A stretch of DNA of 64,000 bases, taken from the NCBI GenBank assembly GCA_951813285.1, contig OX638355.1, positions 2,373,136 to 2,437,135 of the forward strand, in the 5' to 3' direction. The notes under the pieces are model-generated. The model did no database searches, had not been told where the DNA came from, and saw nothing but the letters and a program-made list of their open reading frames with translations. Made by a program: the position numbers and the translations under genes. The DNA is from Terriglobia bacterium. GTDB lineage: Bacteria; Acidobacteriota; Terriglobia; Versatilivoradales; Versatilivoraceae. This document shows, one piece after another, positions 1-8,958 of this stretch (position 1 is its first letter; each line of letters begins with the position of its first letter).

Positions 1-11
1 GTGGGTCGGGG

Positions 12-953
12 TCAGACGTGGTCGATCTTGCAGAATCGGTCGGCGGTCGCTAGGTGCCTCTCCTGGATCTTCAACCCGGCGTCCAGGGATTTGACCATGG
101 TGACGGATTGGGTGCGGGGTTGAAGGTCGAACAGGGACCGGATGGCGGGCTCGTCGGGCAGCCAGCCTCGAACCTCGGTCTTCCCTATTTTCCCCGCCAG
201 GTCGATGACCAGCCTGAACAGCAGGCGGAGAGAGTCGGACCGTTCCCGTCTGACCGCGAAGTCGCTGAATTGCCAAGCCCCGTCCATCTCGGTGACCCGC
301 ACGTATCCCTGTGTCTGCGACTCCGGGTCTTTCAGCCAATAGAATTCGTCCCCAGGTTGCTTGAGCAAGGTGTATTTCCAGTAGTCGAGCGAACGCGCCA
401 CGGCCAGGGGGTAGGATCCGTGATAGGCGCGGTAGAAGCCTTGCAGCTCGGGTAAGGCCTGAGAAGCGGAAAATCGCTGCAAGGCCCAGGAATGCTCCCC
501 GGTTTCGAGCGGAGCACGATGGGTTGCCGTCCGGGCGTTCCAGGAAGGACAGCCCAGGTAACCCTGCTTGGCATAGTAGCCCGGATCGATGTCGGAGTAG
601 AGAGAACTGAGTCGGGCTCCTTGCTTCTTTCGGTCGCGTTCCGCCCAATCCATGACTGCTGCCGCACAACCCCGCCGCCGATATTCGGGACGGGTGTGAA
701 CCGATCCGATGGAAAAGCCCTCCACCTCCCGGCCGTCGATGTGAAACTTCAAGGGGAAGCATCCCAGCGAAGCCACCACCTTGCCGTCCAGGCATCCGGC
801 ATACCAATGGGCCCGTTGATGTTTGGGCGAAGCCAGTCGGAGTCGAAGGTGCTCTTCCAGAGAGGAAGCCATGGGCCAGAACTCGTAGACATTCTCATAG
901 CACTGCAACCGCTCCTCGGGAGAAGCGGGATGGATATCGAGTGTTTCGGCCAT
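12..953 (-). CDS. GNAT-family N-acetyltransferase (Eis-like, GNAT core plus ~180-aa C-terminal extension). Start taken at MAETLDI.
   Basis: GNAT acetyl-CoA motif region 'RRRGCAAAVMDWA' and overall GNAT-like layout. The upstream M codons in the ORF carry non-protein-like arginine/glycine-rich text. Confidence 0.65.
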   Translation of the reverse strand: MAETLDIHPASPEERLQCYENVYEFWPMASSLEEHLRLRLASPKHQRAHWYAGCLDGKVVASLGCFPLKFHIDGREVEGFSIGSVHTRPEYRRRGCAAAVMDWAERDRKKQGARLSSLYSDIDPGYYAKQGYLGCPSWNARTATHRAPLETGEHSWALQRFSASQALPELQGFYRAYHGSYPLAVARSLDYWKYTLLKQPGDEFYWLKDPESQTQGYVRVTEMDGAWQFSDFAVRRERSDSLRLLFRLVIDLAGKIGKTEVRGWLPDEPAIRSLFDLQPRTQSVTMVKSLDAGLKIQERHLATADRFCKIDHV

Positions 954-1051
954 GAAATCTCCCCGTCGGAGGCCGGCGGCGCAACGGGCATTGCCGACTC
1001 CACCCATAATCTACTACGGATGGAATCGAAATGGAACGTGAGGTATCGGTC

Positions 1052-3868
1052 ATGATGAAGCCGTTGGTGATGATTAGCCTGGTCGTGCTGCTGGCGCTGT
1101 CCCCGCGGGGGACGGCAGGAGGGCCGGATGAGTCCGGCGACACAGTTATAGCCGGCAAGGGACTCTTCAAGGTCGTCCACCAGGGATTCGAGGCTTTCTC
1201 CAAGGGTGAATTCGAGCATGCCGGTCAAAACATCTATGTCTCCCGAGGTGGGCGCATCCAGCTCATTCACCGCTGGGACCTGAACAACGACGGTTATTAC
1301 GAGTTCGTCTTCAGCAATACCCATAACGTGATGCTGGGTGGGGTGGATGCGCTGGGTTACCTTCAGACGGGGCGGGGATTTCGTTCCGCCATATCGCCCG
1401 TCCACCGTTCCATTGCCCTATACGACCTGTGGCTCCAGGAAGAGAAGAGCCGAGACTGGGTGGTCCGATTTCCGGTCGAGCGTCCCTCCGCCGTGCAGTT
1501 TCACGATCTGGACCGGGACGGTTCGATGGACATTCTCTTTGCCTCCTCGGGAGCCGGAGACACCGTCTCGACCGACAGCCTGATCTACTGGGGCGATCCT
1601 ACCGGGTACCGGACGCGGAGACGGGTGGAACTGCCGACGGTTGGAGCCCGGGACCTGGCGGTCGGCGACCTGAATCGGGACGGCTACACCGACATCGTTT
1701 TTGCCAATTCCGGCAGCAGAAAGCCCCCCAAGATCAACGAGGGATCCTACATTTACTGGGGTTCGGGCGACCGCTACGGCACGCACCACCGGAGCGTGGT
1801 GCCGACCCGGTCCGCGATCGGCTGCGCTTTGGGCGAGGTGAACGGAGACGGCCACCCGGACTTGATCTTCGCCACCTCGGAGCAGGGCCGGGGCGGACTG
1901 TGGTTCTATCCGGGCTCGCCCGAAGGGCCGGATCTTGAGGCCGTGGTCAAGGTTTCGGTCCCCGACCTGCAGTCGGTGCGTGTCGGGGATGTCGACGGTC
2001 TGGGCAAGGTGGTGCTGGCCCTGTCCAAGAAGCGCCTGCGGTTGTTTTCCTGGGATGCGGGAGGTCTGGTAGAGAAAAAGACCCTGGCCCTGGGAGGCGC
2101 CCGGGCCGTCATGGCCGATCTGGATCGGGATGGGCGCACCGACTTGGTGATTGCAAGCGGCGACCGCTCCGTCGTTCTGTGGGGGAAGTCGGGCTGGTCG
2201 ACCGATGCGGCCCTGTGGTTGCCGACCCTGAAGGCCACCGACGTGGCGGTTGCCGATCTCAATGGCGACGACAGACCCGAAATCGCCTTTGCCAACCAGT
2301 TGCAGGGAACTCACGGGGATCTGGATGTGGCTTCGTATGTTTACTGGGGAGAATCCTGGGGCTACGGGACGGAAAGCCGCACCGATCTGCAGACCTTTGG
2401 AGCCACAGCCGTAGCCGCCGGCGACATCGACCGTGACGGCCGCTCGGACCTTCTCTTCGGGAACTCGGGCAGCGGCATCCAGGGGGGAAAGGGTGAAGAG
2501 ATCTACGTCTACTGGGGCCGACCCCACCGGGGCTACAACCCTGCCGCCATGACGGCCTATCCTTGCGTGATGGGGATGGCGACGCTGATGGCGGATCTGG
2601 ATGACGACGATCACGCCGAGCTGCTGGTAGCCAATTCCGGCCGTCACTATAGTGGGAAACCGGGGGCCAGCTACATTTACCGAGGTGGGTCCTCCGGGCC
2701 GTCCTTGGAGGGTCGGCTGGAAATTCCCGCGCAGGAGGTGGGATCCTGGTCCGTGGCCGACCTCAATCGCGACGGCTTTCTGGATGCCCTGGCCTGCGAC
2801 TTCGATTCCCTGGCCATTGCCTGGGGTTCGGCAACGGGAGTTTCCACAGATCCCCAACGCGTCGACGGAGTGGCCAAAGCCAGCCAGAACTGCCGGCTGG
2901 TAGACTTCAACCGGGATGGGTGGCTGGATGTCCTGGTGGCCGATGTGCAGGGCTCCAGGAGCCGGGTGTTGTTGGGAGACGGCCAGGGCTTCTCACTGGA
3001 CCGATCGGCCTGGGTGGAGGCGGCTTTTGTCGCCAACAGCGAGTTTGCCGATCTGGACGGGGACGGTTGGCTGGACATGATGCTCACCCGGTCCTACAAC
3101 TCGTTCGACCGCAACGATTCCTGGATCCGCATCTACCCGGGTAGCCCCGACGGGTTTGCCCAAACCCACCGGTTCGAGTTCCCCACCGCCGGTGCATTCG
3201 ACATGGCCGTGGCCGACCTCGACAGCGACGGCGATCTGGACGTTGCCGTTTCGCAGTACGCTTCCCGGGATCGGCGCAATCTGCCCGTCTACCTCTTCTG
3301 GAACGATGGCAGCGGCCAGTTTTCTTCCGGGAGACGGACGGATCTGCCGGCGGAAAGCTCTTCCGGATTGCTGGCCGCGGACTTCGACGAAGACGGACAC
3401 CGGGATTTGCTGGTCTTCAATCATAAAACCACCTACAAGGAAGACAATCACAGCAACGAGAGCTTCGTCTACTGGGGGTCTCCCCGGGGTTACCACACCC
3501 GCAATCGCAGCTATCTGCCGGCCCACGGACCGCACTTCATGCAGAACGTGGACATTGGAAACCTGTCCAGCCGCAAGGCCGGAGAATCCTACCTGTCGGT
3601 TCCGATCGAGCTGAGCCCGAAACCGGCCACGCTGGTTCTCTCCTTCCAGGCGGAAACTCCGCTGGATTCGGAGGTGAGCTTCGCAGTTCGAACGGCCGGC
3701 ACCTCGGCCGCGCTGGCGCAAGCAGGCTGGCGGGAGCCGGGACCAGGTGGCGAGTTGGCCGTCCGGAAGGAAGATCGCTGGCTGCAGTACCGGGCGACGC
3801 TGAAAGCGGGGCGGGGACATGCGACGCCTTACCTGACCCGCGTAGCCGTGGAGGCAGTGGCGGAGTGA
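1052..3868 (+). CDS. Secreted FG-GAP/integrin-alpha-like beta-propeller repeat protein with N-terminal signal peptide.
   Basis: Signal peptide MMKPLVMISLVVLLALSPRGTAG. Many 'DLNxDGxxDIVF/DLDRDGxxDLL' FG-GAP repeats. A GAGGT Shine-Dalgarno sits 8 nt before ATGATG at 1052. Confidence 0.8.
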   Translation: MMKPLVMISLVVLLALSPRGTAGGPDESGDTVIAGKGLFKVVHQGFEAFSKGEFEHAGQNIYVSRGGRIQLIHRWDLNNDGYYEFVFSNTHNVMLGGVDALGYLQTGRGFRSAISPVHRSIALYDLWLQEEKSRDWVVRFPVERPSAVQFHDLDRDGSMDILFASSGAGDTVSTDSLIYWGDPTGYRTRRRVELPTVGARDLAVGDLNRDGYTDIVFANSGSRKPPKINEGSYIYWGSGDRYGTHHRSVVPTRSAIGCALGEVNGDGHPDLIFATSEQGRGGLWFYPGSPEGPDLEAVVKVSVPDLQSVRVGDVDGLGKVVLALSKKRLRLFSWDAGGLVEKKTLALGGARAVMADLDRDGRTDLVIASGDRSVVLWGKSGWSTDAALWLPTLKATDVAVADLNGDDRPEIAFANQLQGTHGDLDVASYVYWGESWGYGTESRTDLQTFGATAVAAGDIDRDGRSDLLFGNSGSGIQGGKGEEIYVYWGRPHRGYNPAAMTAYPCVMGMATLMADLDDDDHAELLVANSGRHYSGKPGASYIYRGGSSGPSLEGRLEIPAQEVGSWSVADLNRDGFLDALACDFDSLAIAWGSATGVSTDPQRVDGVAKASQNCRLVDFNRDGWLDVLVADVQGSRSRVLLGDGQGFSLDRSAWVEAAFVANSEFADLDGDGWLDMMLTRSYNSFDRNDSWIRIYPGSPDGFAQTHRFEFPTAGAFDMAVADLDSDGDLDVAVSQYASRDRRNLPVYLFWNDGSGQFSSGRRTDLPAESSSGLLAADFDEDGHRDLLVFNHKTTYKEDNHSNESFVYWGSPRGYHTRNRSYLPAHGPHFMQNVDIGNLSSRKAGESYLSVPIELSPKPATLVLSFQAETPLDSEVSFAVRTAGTSAALAQAGWREPGPGGELAVRKEDRWLQYRATLKAGRGHATPYLTRVAVEAVAE

Positions 3869-3904
3869 GGGAGAGTGGGGATCGGGGAGTGGAGAGTGGA
3901 GAGA

Positions 3905-4005
3905 CCCGCCCCCGCCCTGTCGGGAACAAGAGCCATGTCGTGCTAAACCGGTTTTCTACTTATTGAACATGGATGCACAGGATAAACAGGATAAACATCA
4001 TTGCG
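3905..4005. repeat. Dispersed repeat family P ('...gggaacaagagccatgtcgtgctaaaccggttttctacttattgaacatggatgcacaggataaacaggataaaca'). Other copies at ~44040-44150 (inverted) and ~63345-63470.
   Basis: Direct comparison of the three loci shows >85% identity over ~100 bp. Confidence 0.7.
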
Positions 4006-4034
4006 TCGGCTTGTGCTTCACTTGGGCACACCGG

Positions 4035-4130
4035 CATTTGCTGCCGCCGCCTACGCGGCTCGACACCCATAGGCGACGTTTCCCATGGGCTGACGCCCAC
4101 GGCTAAGTGCTGCCGCGGCTACGCCGCTCT
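4035..4130. repeat. Dispersed GC-rich repeat family Q ('cgccgcctacgcggct...gggctgacgcccacggctaagtgctgccgcggctacgccgct'). Other copies at 5855-5945 (+), 6090-6175 (-) and 63855-63950 (-).
   Basis: Four copies recognised by eye. The reverse complement of 6090-6175 aligns almost base-for-base with 4040-4130. Confidence 0.7.
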
Positions 4131-4146
4131 CAAGAAAGCCGGCTAG

Positions 4147-5729
4147 GAGTCTGCGCCGCAGAAAACCCATCAGGGCTGAATGATACAATAAGGGGCACAG
4201 AGAGAACATTGGAGGTGGTGGATGGGGATAAGGTTTCGCCCGTATCAACCGAAGCAGCTGTTGATGTTGCCGCCGGACCTGGGGGAGTGGGTAGGGGAAG
4301 GGCACTTGGCCCATCAGGTGAGTGAGTTGGTGGATGGGCTGGAGTTGAGAGCATTTTACAAGCCCTATGAAGAGGACGGGAGGCGCAACTCGCCCTACGA
4401 GCCGCGGATGATGGTGAAGGTGTTGATTTACGCCTATGCGACGGGGGTATTCTCGTCGCGCAAGATCGCCAGGAAGCTGGAGGAAGACGTGGCGTTTCGG
4501 ATGCTGGCGGCGGGGAACTTTCCGCAGCATCGGACGCTGAGCGAGTTTCGCCGCCGACACTTGAAGGACTTCAAGAAGCTGTTCGTACAGGTGGTGAGCT
4601 TGGCACGGGAGATGGGGATGGTGGGATTGGGGCGTTTGGGGATCGATGGGACGAAAGTGCGGGCGAACGCGAGCCGGCGCAAGGCGATGAGCTATGGTCG
4701 GATGCGGGAGCGGGAGCGGCAACTGAGGGAAGAGATCCATGAGTTGTTGAAGAAGGCGCGGCGGGAGGACAGGGAGGAAGATGAGCGCTACGGGGAAGAC
4801 CGGCGTGGGGACGAGTTGCCGGAGGAGTTGCGTCGGCGGGAAGACCGGCTGGCGGCGATCGAGGCGGCCAAGCAACGGCTGGAGGCGGCGCAGCGAGAGG
4901 CCGACGACGAACGGGGCCGGAAACCGGGGCAAGAGCGGAACCCGAAAGGGGGAAGACCGTACAAGCGGGACTACGGGGAAGTGGAGGAGAAGGCGCAGAG
5001 CAACTTCACCGATCCGGAGAGCCGGATCATGAAGACCAGCACGGAGGGGTTCCAGCAGTGCTACAACGCGCAGGTGGCGGTGGACGGAGAGCAGCAGATC
5101 ATTGTGGCCACCGAGGTAACGGCGCAGGCGAGCGATCAGGGACAGATGATGGGGTTGTTGGAGGAGGTGGAGGAGACCTTCGAGGAGACACCCCAACAGG
5201 TGCTGGCGGATGCGGGCTACTGCAATGAGGGGGACTTGCAGGAACTGGAAGCGAGGGGAGTGGACGGTTACGTGGCGCTGGGGCGTGAGGGGAAGCGGGC
5301 GGTGGACGTCAATCCCGGCCGGTATCCGGCCAGGAGTCGTATGAGGAAGAAGCTGGCGAGTCTGGCCGGTCAGGTAGCCTATGCGCGGCGGAAGTGGATT
5401 GCCGAAGCCCCCCATGGGTGGATCAAGGAGGGGCTGGGATTTCGACGGTTCAGTCTGCGGGGCTTGCAGTCAGTGCAAGGGGAGTGGGACTTGGTGTGTC
5501 TGGCTCTCAACATCAAGAGGATGAGTGCGTTGATGGCGGCCTGAAGCAAGGGATTTCTACCTAATCCAGAGGACCAGGACGGTCCTCAACCTGCCATTCC
5601 GGGAGCCCGCAGGTGGCTTGAGACTCTATCGACGCCAAAGCGGCTCCCAAGCACTCCTTCGAACAGTTCTTCGACAAGATTCTCTCGCTCTCCCACCTTC
5701 CGAAATCGTCCTGCGGCGCAGACTCCTAG
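4147..5729 (+). mobile_element. Insertion sequence (~1.58 kb) with 19-bp perfect terminal inverted repeats 'CTAGGAGTCTGCGCCGCAG', carrying one IS5/IS1182-like DDE transposase gene.
   Basis: Left end at 4147-4166 'ggctaggagtctgcgccgcag'. Right end at 5710-5729 'ctgcggcgcagactcctag' is its exact reverse complement. A single transposase ORF lies between them. Confidence 0.75.
4222..5544 (+). CDS. IS5/IS1182-type (IS4 superfamily) DDE transposase, with an InsH-like N-terminal domain and a DDE C-terminal domain.
   Basis: 440-aa ORF with GGAGGTGG RBS. Motifs 'RKIARKLEEDVAFRMLA' and 'YNAQVAVDGEQQIIVATEV' are typical of IS1182/IS5 transposases. A lysine/arginine/glutamate-rich coiled region sits in the middle. 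Confidence 0.85.
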   Translation: MGIRFRPYQPKQLLMLPPDLGEWVGEGHLAHQVSELVDGLELRAFYKPYEEDGRRNSPYEPRMMVKVLIYAYATGVFSSRKIARKLEEDVAFRMLAAGNFPQHRTLSEFRRRHLKDFKKLFVQVVSLAREMGMVGLGRLGIDGTKVRANASRRKAMSYGRMRERERQLREEIHELLKKARREDREEDERYGEDRRGDELPEELRRREDRLAAIEAAKQRLEAAQREADDERGRKPGQERNPKGGRPYKRDYGEVEEKAQSNFTDPESRIMKTSTEGFQQCYNAQVAVDGEQQIIVATEVTAQASDQGQMMGLLEEVEETFEETPQQVLADAGYCNEGDLQELEARGVDGYVALGREGKRAVDVNPGRYPARSRMRKKLASLAGQVAYARRKWIAEAPHGWIKEGLGFRRFSLRGLQSVQGEWDLVCLALNIKRMSALMAA

Positions 5730-5854
5730 AGCAGCATATTCTCAGACAAGTCCGGCCCCCGCCCAGGTGTGCGGATCATACGAGAGTAAAACAGGGGAGT
5801 TCCTGACAGGCGTGGCTTTGGGGAGGCCGTGGGGTCTCGGAACGCGGTTTTTAA

Positions 5855-6175
5855 GTCGCCGCCTTCGCGGCTAGGGCAGTGCAGGGTCCACACGCCCCCG
5901 GGCTAACGCCCGGGGCTAAGTGCTGGCGCGGCTACGCCGCTTTATAAGGAAGGTCTGTAGGAGGGGTTTCCTCCCCAGACCTGGCTCAACCGCGGCTTCG
6001 CCGCTCTCTCCGAAGTCAAGACATTGCTCGGACGCGGGATGCTTATTTAAATGATTATCTCCCGTGCGTCAGCCCGGGGTTCCAGACAGCCGCCAAGGCG
6101 GCGGCAGCGCTTAGCCGTGGGCGTCAGCCCATGGAATAGGGCAAGTCCCCCCGAGCCGCGTAGGCGGCGACTACA
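5855..6175. repeat. Inverted pair of Q-family repeats (5855-5945 direct, 6090-6175 inverted), forming a MITE-like ~320-bp unit without coding capacity.
   Basis: Two Q copies in opposite orientation 145 bp apart. Confidence 0.55.
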
Positions 6176-6179
6176 ATAG

Positions 6180-6900
6180 AAAACTTGTAACTGCTCATTA
6201 TAATAGACCTACTGTGGTTTGTCCTGTTGTAATCCCCTCATTATATCCCTCTAATTGAACGGGAATCCACTGGACTATTCAGGACGTTGGTGGACAGTAA
6301 CTGTTCGGTCAAGCCGTGGAAGAACGGTCAGTCGTCATCCTCCCCACAGCGATCAAGCCACATTGCATCGGTGTCGCCGCTGAGCCACCAACGCAGCGGC
6401 TGGACCACCCCCCGGACAGGCCAGCCGAGGGTGCTCGCCAGCCGCGAAACCCCTCTACACAGCTGGCGAACCGACCCTATCGTTCCGACACCACGGGTCT
6501 CATCTCCGCTCTCTGCCCCCAGTCCCGATGGAGGTGGAAGGGGGACGCTTCGTCGGTTGCTCGGTCGGCATAAAGGACAAACCCGGAGGAGGTCGACCCC
6601 ACGGCTTGACCGAACGGTTACGGTGGACAGGTCTTACGATGTTGCAACCCCCGAGACTCTGCGTCCGAGACCGTCGAGCGGGGTGGTAGGCTGCCCCTGG
6701 GTTCGGATCGGAGATATTGGGTTGTGAGCCTCCTCCAGCCTTGCCCTTCTCGGCCTCTGGGCCATTTGTGGTCTTCGGTTCTTCGAGGGACTCATCGACG
6801 AGGGCGCGCAGCCAGGAGCCGACGTTGAAGTGCCGCTGGATGCCGAGGCGCTGGAGACCTTGACGGGTTTCGGGAGAGACGGGGATATGAAGTGGAACAT
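6180..6900. repeat. Degenerate paralogous copy of the segment 27480-27800 (3' end of a small gene plus its downstream region), interrupted by a ~340-bp insertion at 6300-6640.
   Basis: 6240-6300 and 6640-6790 align with 27505-27720. Both share 'ggatcggagatattgggtt...cctccagccttgccc...ggccatttgtggtc'. Confidence 0.55.
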
Positions 6901-7014
6901 GGTGCAACAAAAAGGCACACAACAACACATAGAGCAACAAACAGGTTACAAAGCTACACAAAGCCACACGGAGTAGACACTCCTCCTCCATGAGCGCGAA
7001 AGCGCGCCTGGAGG

Positions 7015-7560
7015 CCTTCCCGCAAGGGATCACTGTGGAGGGAGCGACCCCCAAAAGGGGAGGGGAGGTGGTGGATTTTGGCGTGCACCACCTCCCCCTG
7101 CCCGGTGCCGCACCAGCGGTCAAAAAGGGGGGGTCGCTCCCTCCACTTCCTCCCCCTCTCGTGCGGTGCGGCGAGGCGCCGTGCGAGGCGGGGGACACGC
7201 AGGCCGACGCCCTACGGCGCTTTACCGCAGAGGACTCGGGCAATCCGTGCCAACCCGCGTCCAATGCGGATTTCCAAGAATAGCCTCGACCACAACGGCG
7301 AGGGGTGCGCCCTCTGATAGTGCAGATTTGTAATTGTCAAAATCGTGCACCACCTGCCTGCGCCACCCCCCATTTGTAACCGTGTCACCCATACGACGCC
7401 ACGTCCTTGACCCCCAGAGGCGGAAATCGTCAATCATTCCACGACCGTTGGAGGCCGGGTTTTTCTGTTCCCATTGGTCGATCTTCTCCACAATAACATC
7501 GAGGCCGCCATGGCGTTCGACGGCGTCCCGACCGGCATCACCGATCGCCTGCCGGAGCCC
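7015..7560. repeat. Left arm of a large inverted repeat. S-element (7015-7290) plus a partial inverted copy of the 'solo-CRISPR-repeat element' (7300-7560, lacking the CRISPR repeat itself). Right arm at 10920-11445.
   Basis: 7120-7285 equals the reverse complement of 11180-11350 ('caaaaagggggggtcgctc...ctctcgtgcgg...'). RC of 7300-7440 aligns with 11040-11200 ('ggaatgat[c/t]gacg..ttc.gcctctgggggtcaag'). Confidence 0.7.
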
Positions 7561-8296
7561 CACTGCTCGTGTCGCGACCGTTGCCGTGTCTCGGGATGCC
7601 CAAGCCTGGAGAACACGCTTGTTACGGTCGAGATGGTGCTGGTCCCAAGCGACCGCAAATACTTCGACAGTCCGGCTTGCATTGCAACCGGCCGGTTGAG
7701 TATGGTGGGTCTTATCTGTCGAAGAAATCGTCGAAGAAATCGGGAGCGGTACAAGGCCAACTTTCGAGACCATTCCTGATGAGTCCACAGCATGCTTTCG
7801 TAAACGCCCACGCCGTTGTCACTGTCGGGCCGGTAGTGTGCTGTAATATCTGGAATCAGCGCCTACGATGGGTTGCCGAACCTTGATAAGGTGAGGCACC
7901 CACGCGGAGAGTACGTCAAAGGGGCAACGTACACTAATGGCGTAGAGAGCTTCTGGGCGCTGCTGAAGCGGGTATACTACGGGACCTACCACTACTGGAG
8001 CAAGAAGCACCTGCCACGTTAATTGGAGGAATTTAGTCAGAGAAGCAACATGCGTCCACTAAACATCATTGACCAAACGGCTAAGGTGTTCCATGGGATT
8101 GGGGGGTCGGAGTTTGACTTGGAGGGAGTTGGTGGGGCGACTTGAGTACTGATTGTTGTGTGGATAGATCGAAGCTCTGCCAGAATCCTCTCTACGTCTT
8201 TCCACACCCACCAGAAAATCAAGAAAAACAAAACGCTTAGACTGAGACTGATAGGCGAAACAACAATGTCGCAAACAATTCCGGGTTCTTCCTCCA

Positions 8297-8716
8297 TCAC
8301 TCAAAGCTCCTGCGCAGTTTGTTCAGGCCTACAGTTTCTACATCCGGCCTAGGCTTAATGAGCACTCCCCCATCCAGGTGCTCTGGGACCAATATAACCT
8401 CTTTGCGCTTTTCCTCAGACCCACATTCCATCCTATACACTTGAGCCCCGGCATTAGGGTCTTCCATGTCGTCTTCCGGACCGTACATACGTGAATACCT
8501 CTTCCAGCCCCCCTGTTCCTTGATCTCATTCGGAGCACACGGCCCTCCGCGCAGTACGCCAAAAGCAGCGACAACGAAAGCCTCTTTGTGCTTTTCGTAG
8601 TCGTCTGACTCCTGAACCAGTGTGTCGAAAAACTCCTTGTCTTCAGGTGAGACTTTATACGCAGATGGAGTACAGCTCAGTAAGGAAACAACCATGATGA
8701 GTAGAAGGGCTCTCAT
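8297..8716 (-). CDS. Hypothetical lipoprotein (signal peptide with lipobox LLSCT), encoded in a lower-GC patch.
   Basis: Strong RBS (AGGAGGAG then ATG) and signal peptide MRALLLIMVVSLLSC. Confidence 0.6.
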   Translation of the reverse strand: MRALLLIMVVSLLSCTPSAYKVSPEDKEFFDTLVQESDDYEKHKEAFVVAAFGVLRGGPCAPNEIKEQGGWKRYSRMYGPEDDMEDPNAGAQVYRMECGSEEKRKEVILVPEHLDGGVLIKPRPDVETVGLNKLRRSFE

Positions 8717-8958
8717 TACTCCTCCTTAGTCGCGGGACAGTCCGGGGTGGGACTGTCCCGCAGGGCTCCCCGATGGCGCGGGAGGGGAGGGGAGCCAATC
8801 TCTATTCAAACAACCGATCCAGCTTCCGGTTGAGGACAATCTTTGGCGGTTCGCTTAGTCTTCGAAGTAGCCAAAACGTGAAAATCGCCAGACATGGGGT
8901 TAACACTTGCTTGCCACTTGGGCCTGGCGACGGAGCAATTTCCTCAAGAAAGAAGCTA

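Noticed and set aside
1418-2857. 479-aa ORF on the minus strand
   Set aside because: Entirely antisense to the FG-GAP gene, and its translation is glycine/arginine/proline-rich low-complexity text typical of high-GC antisense frames.
4051-5415. 454-aa minus-strand ORF
   Set aside because: Antisense to the transposase gene; proline/leucine/arginine-rich junk.
6287-7283. Multiple 80-250-aa ORFs on both strands
   Set aside because: They lie in stacked repeat copies (paralog remnant, S-element), and their translations are arginine/proline/serine-rich.
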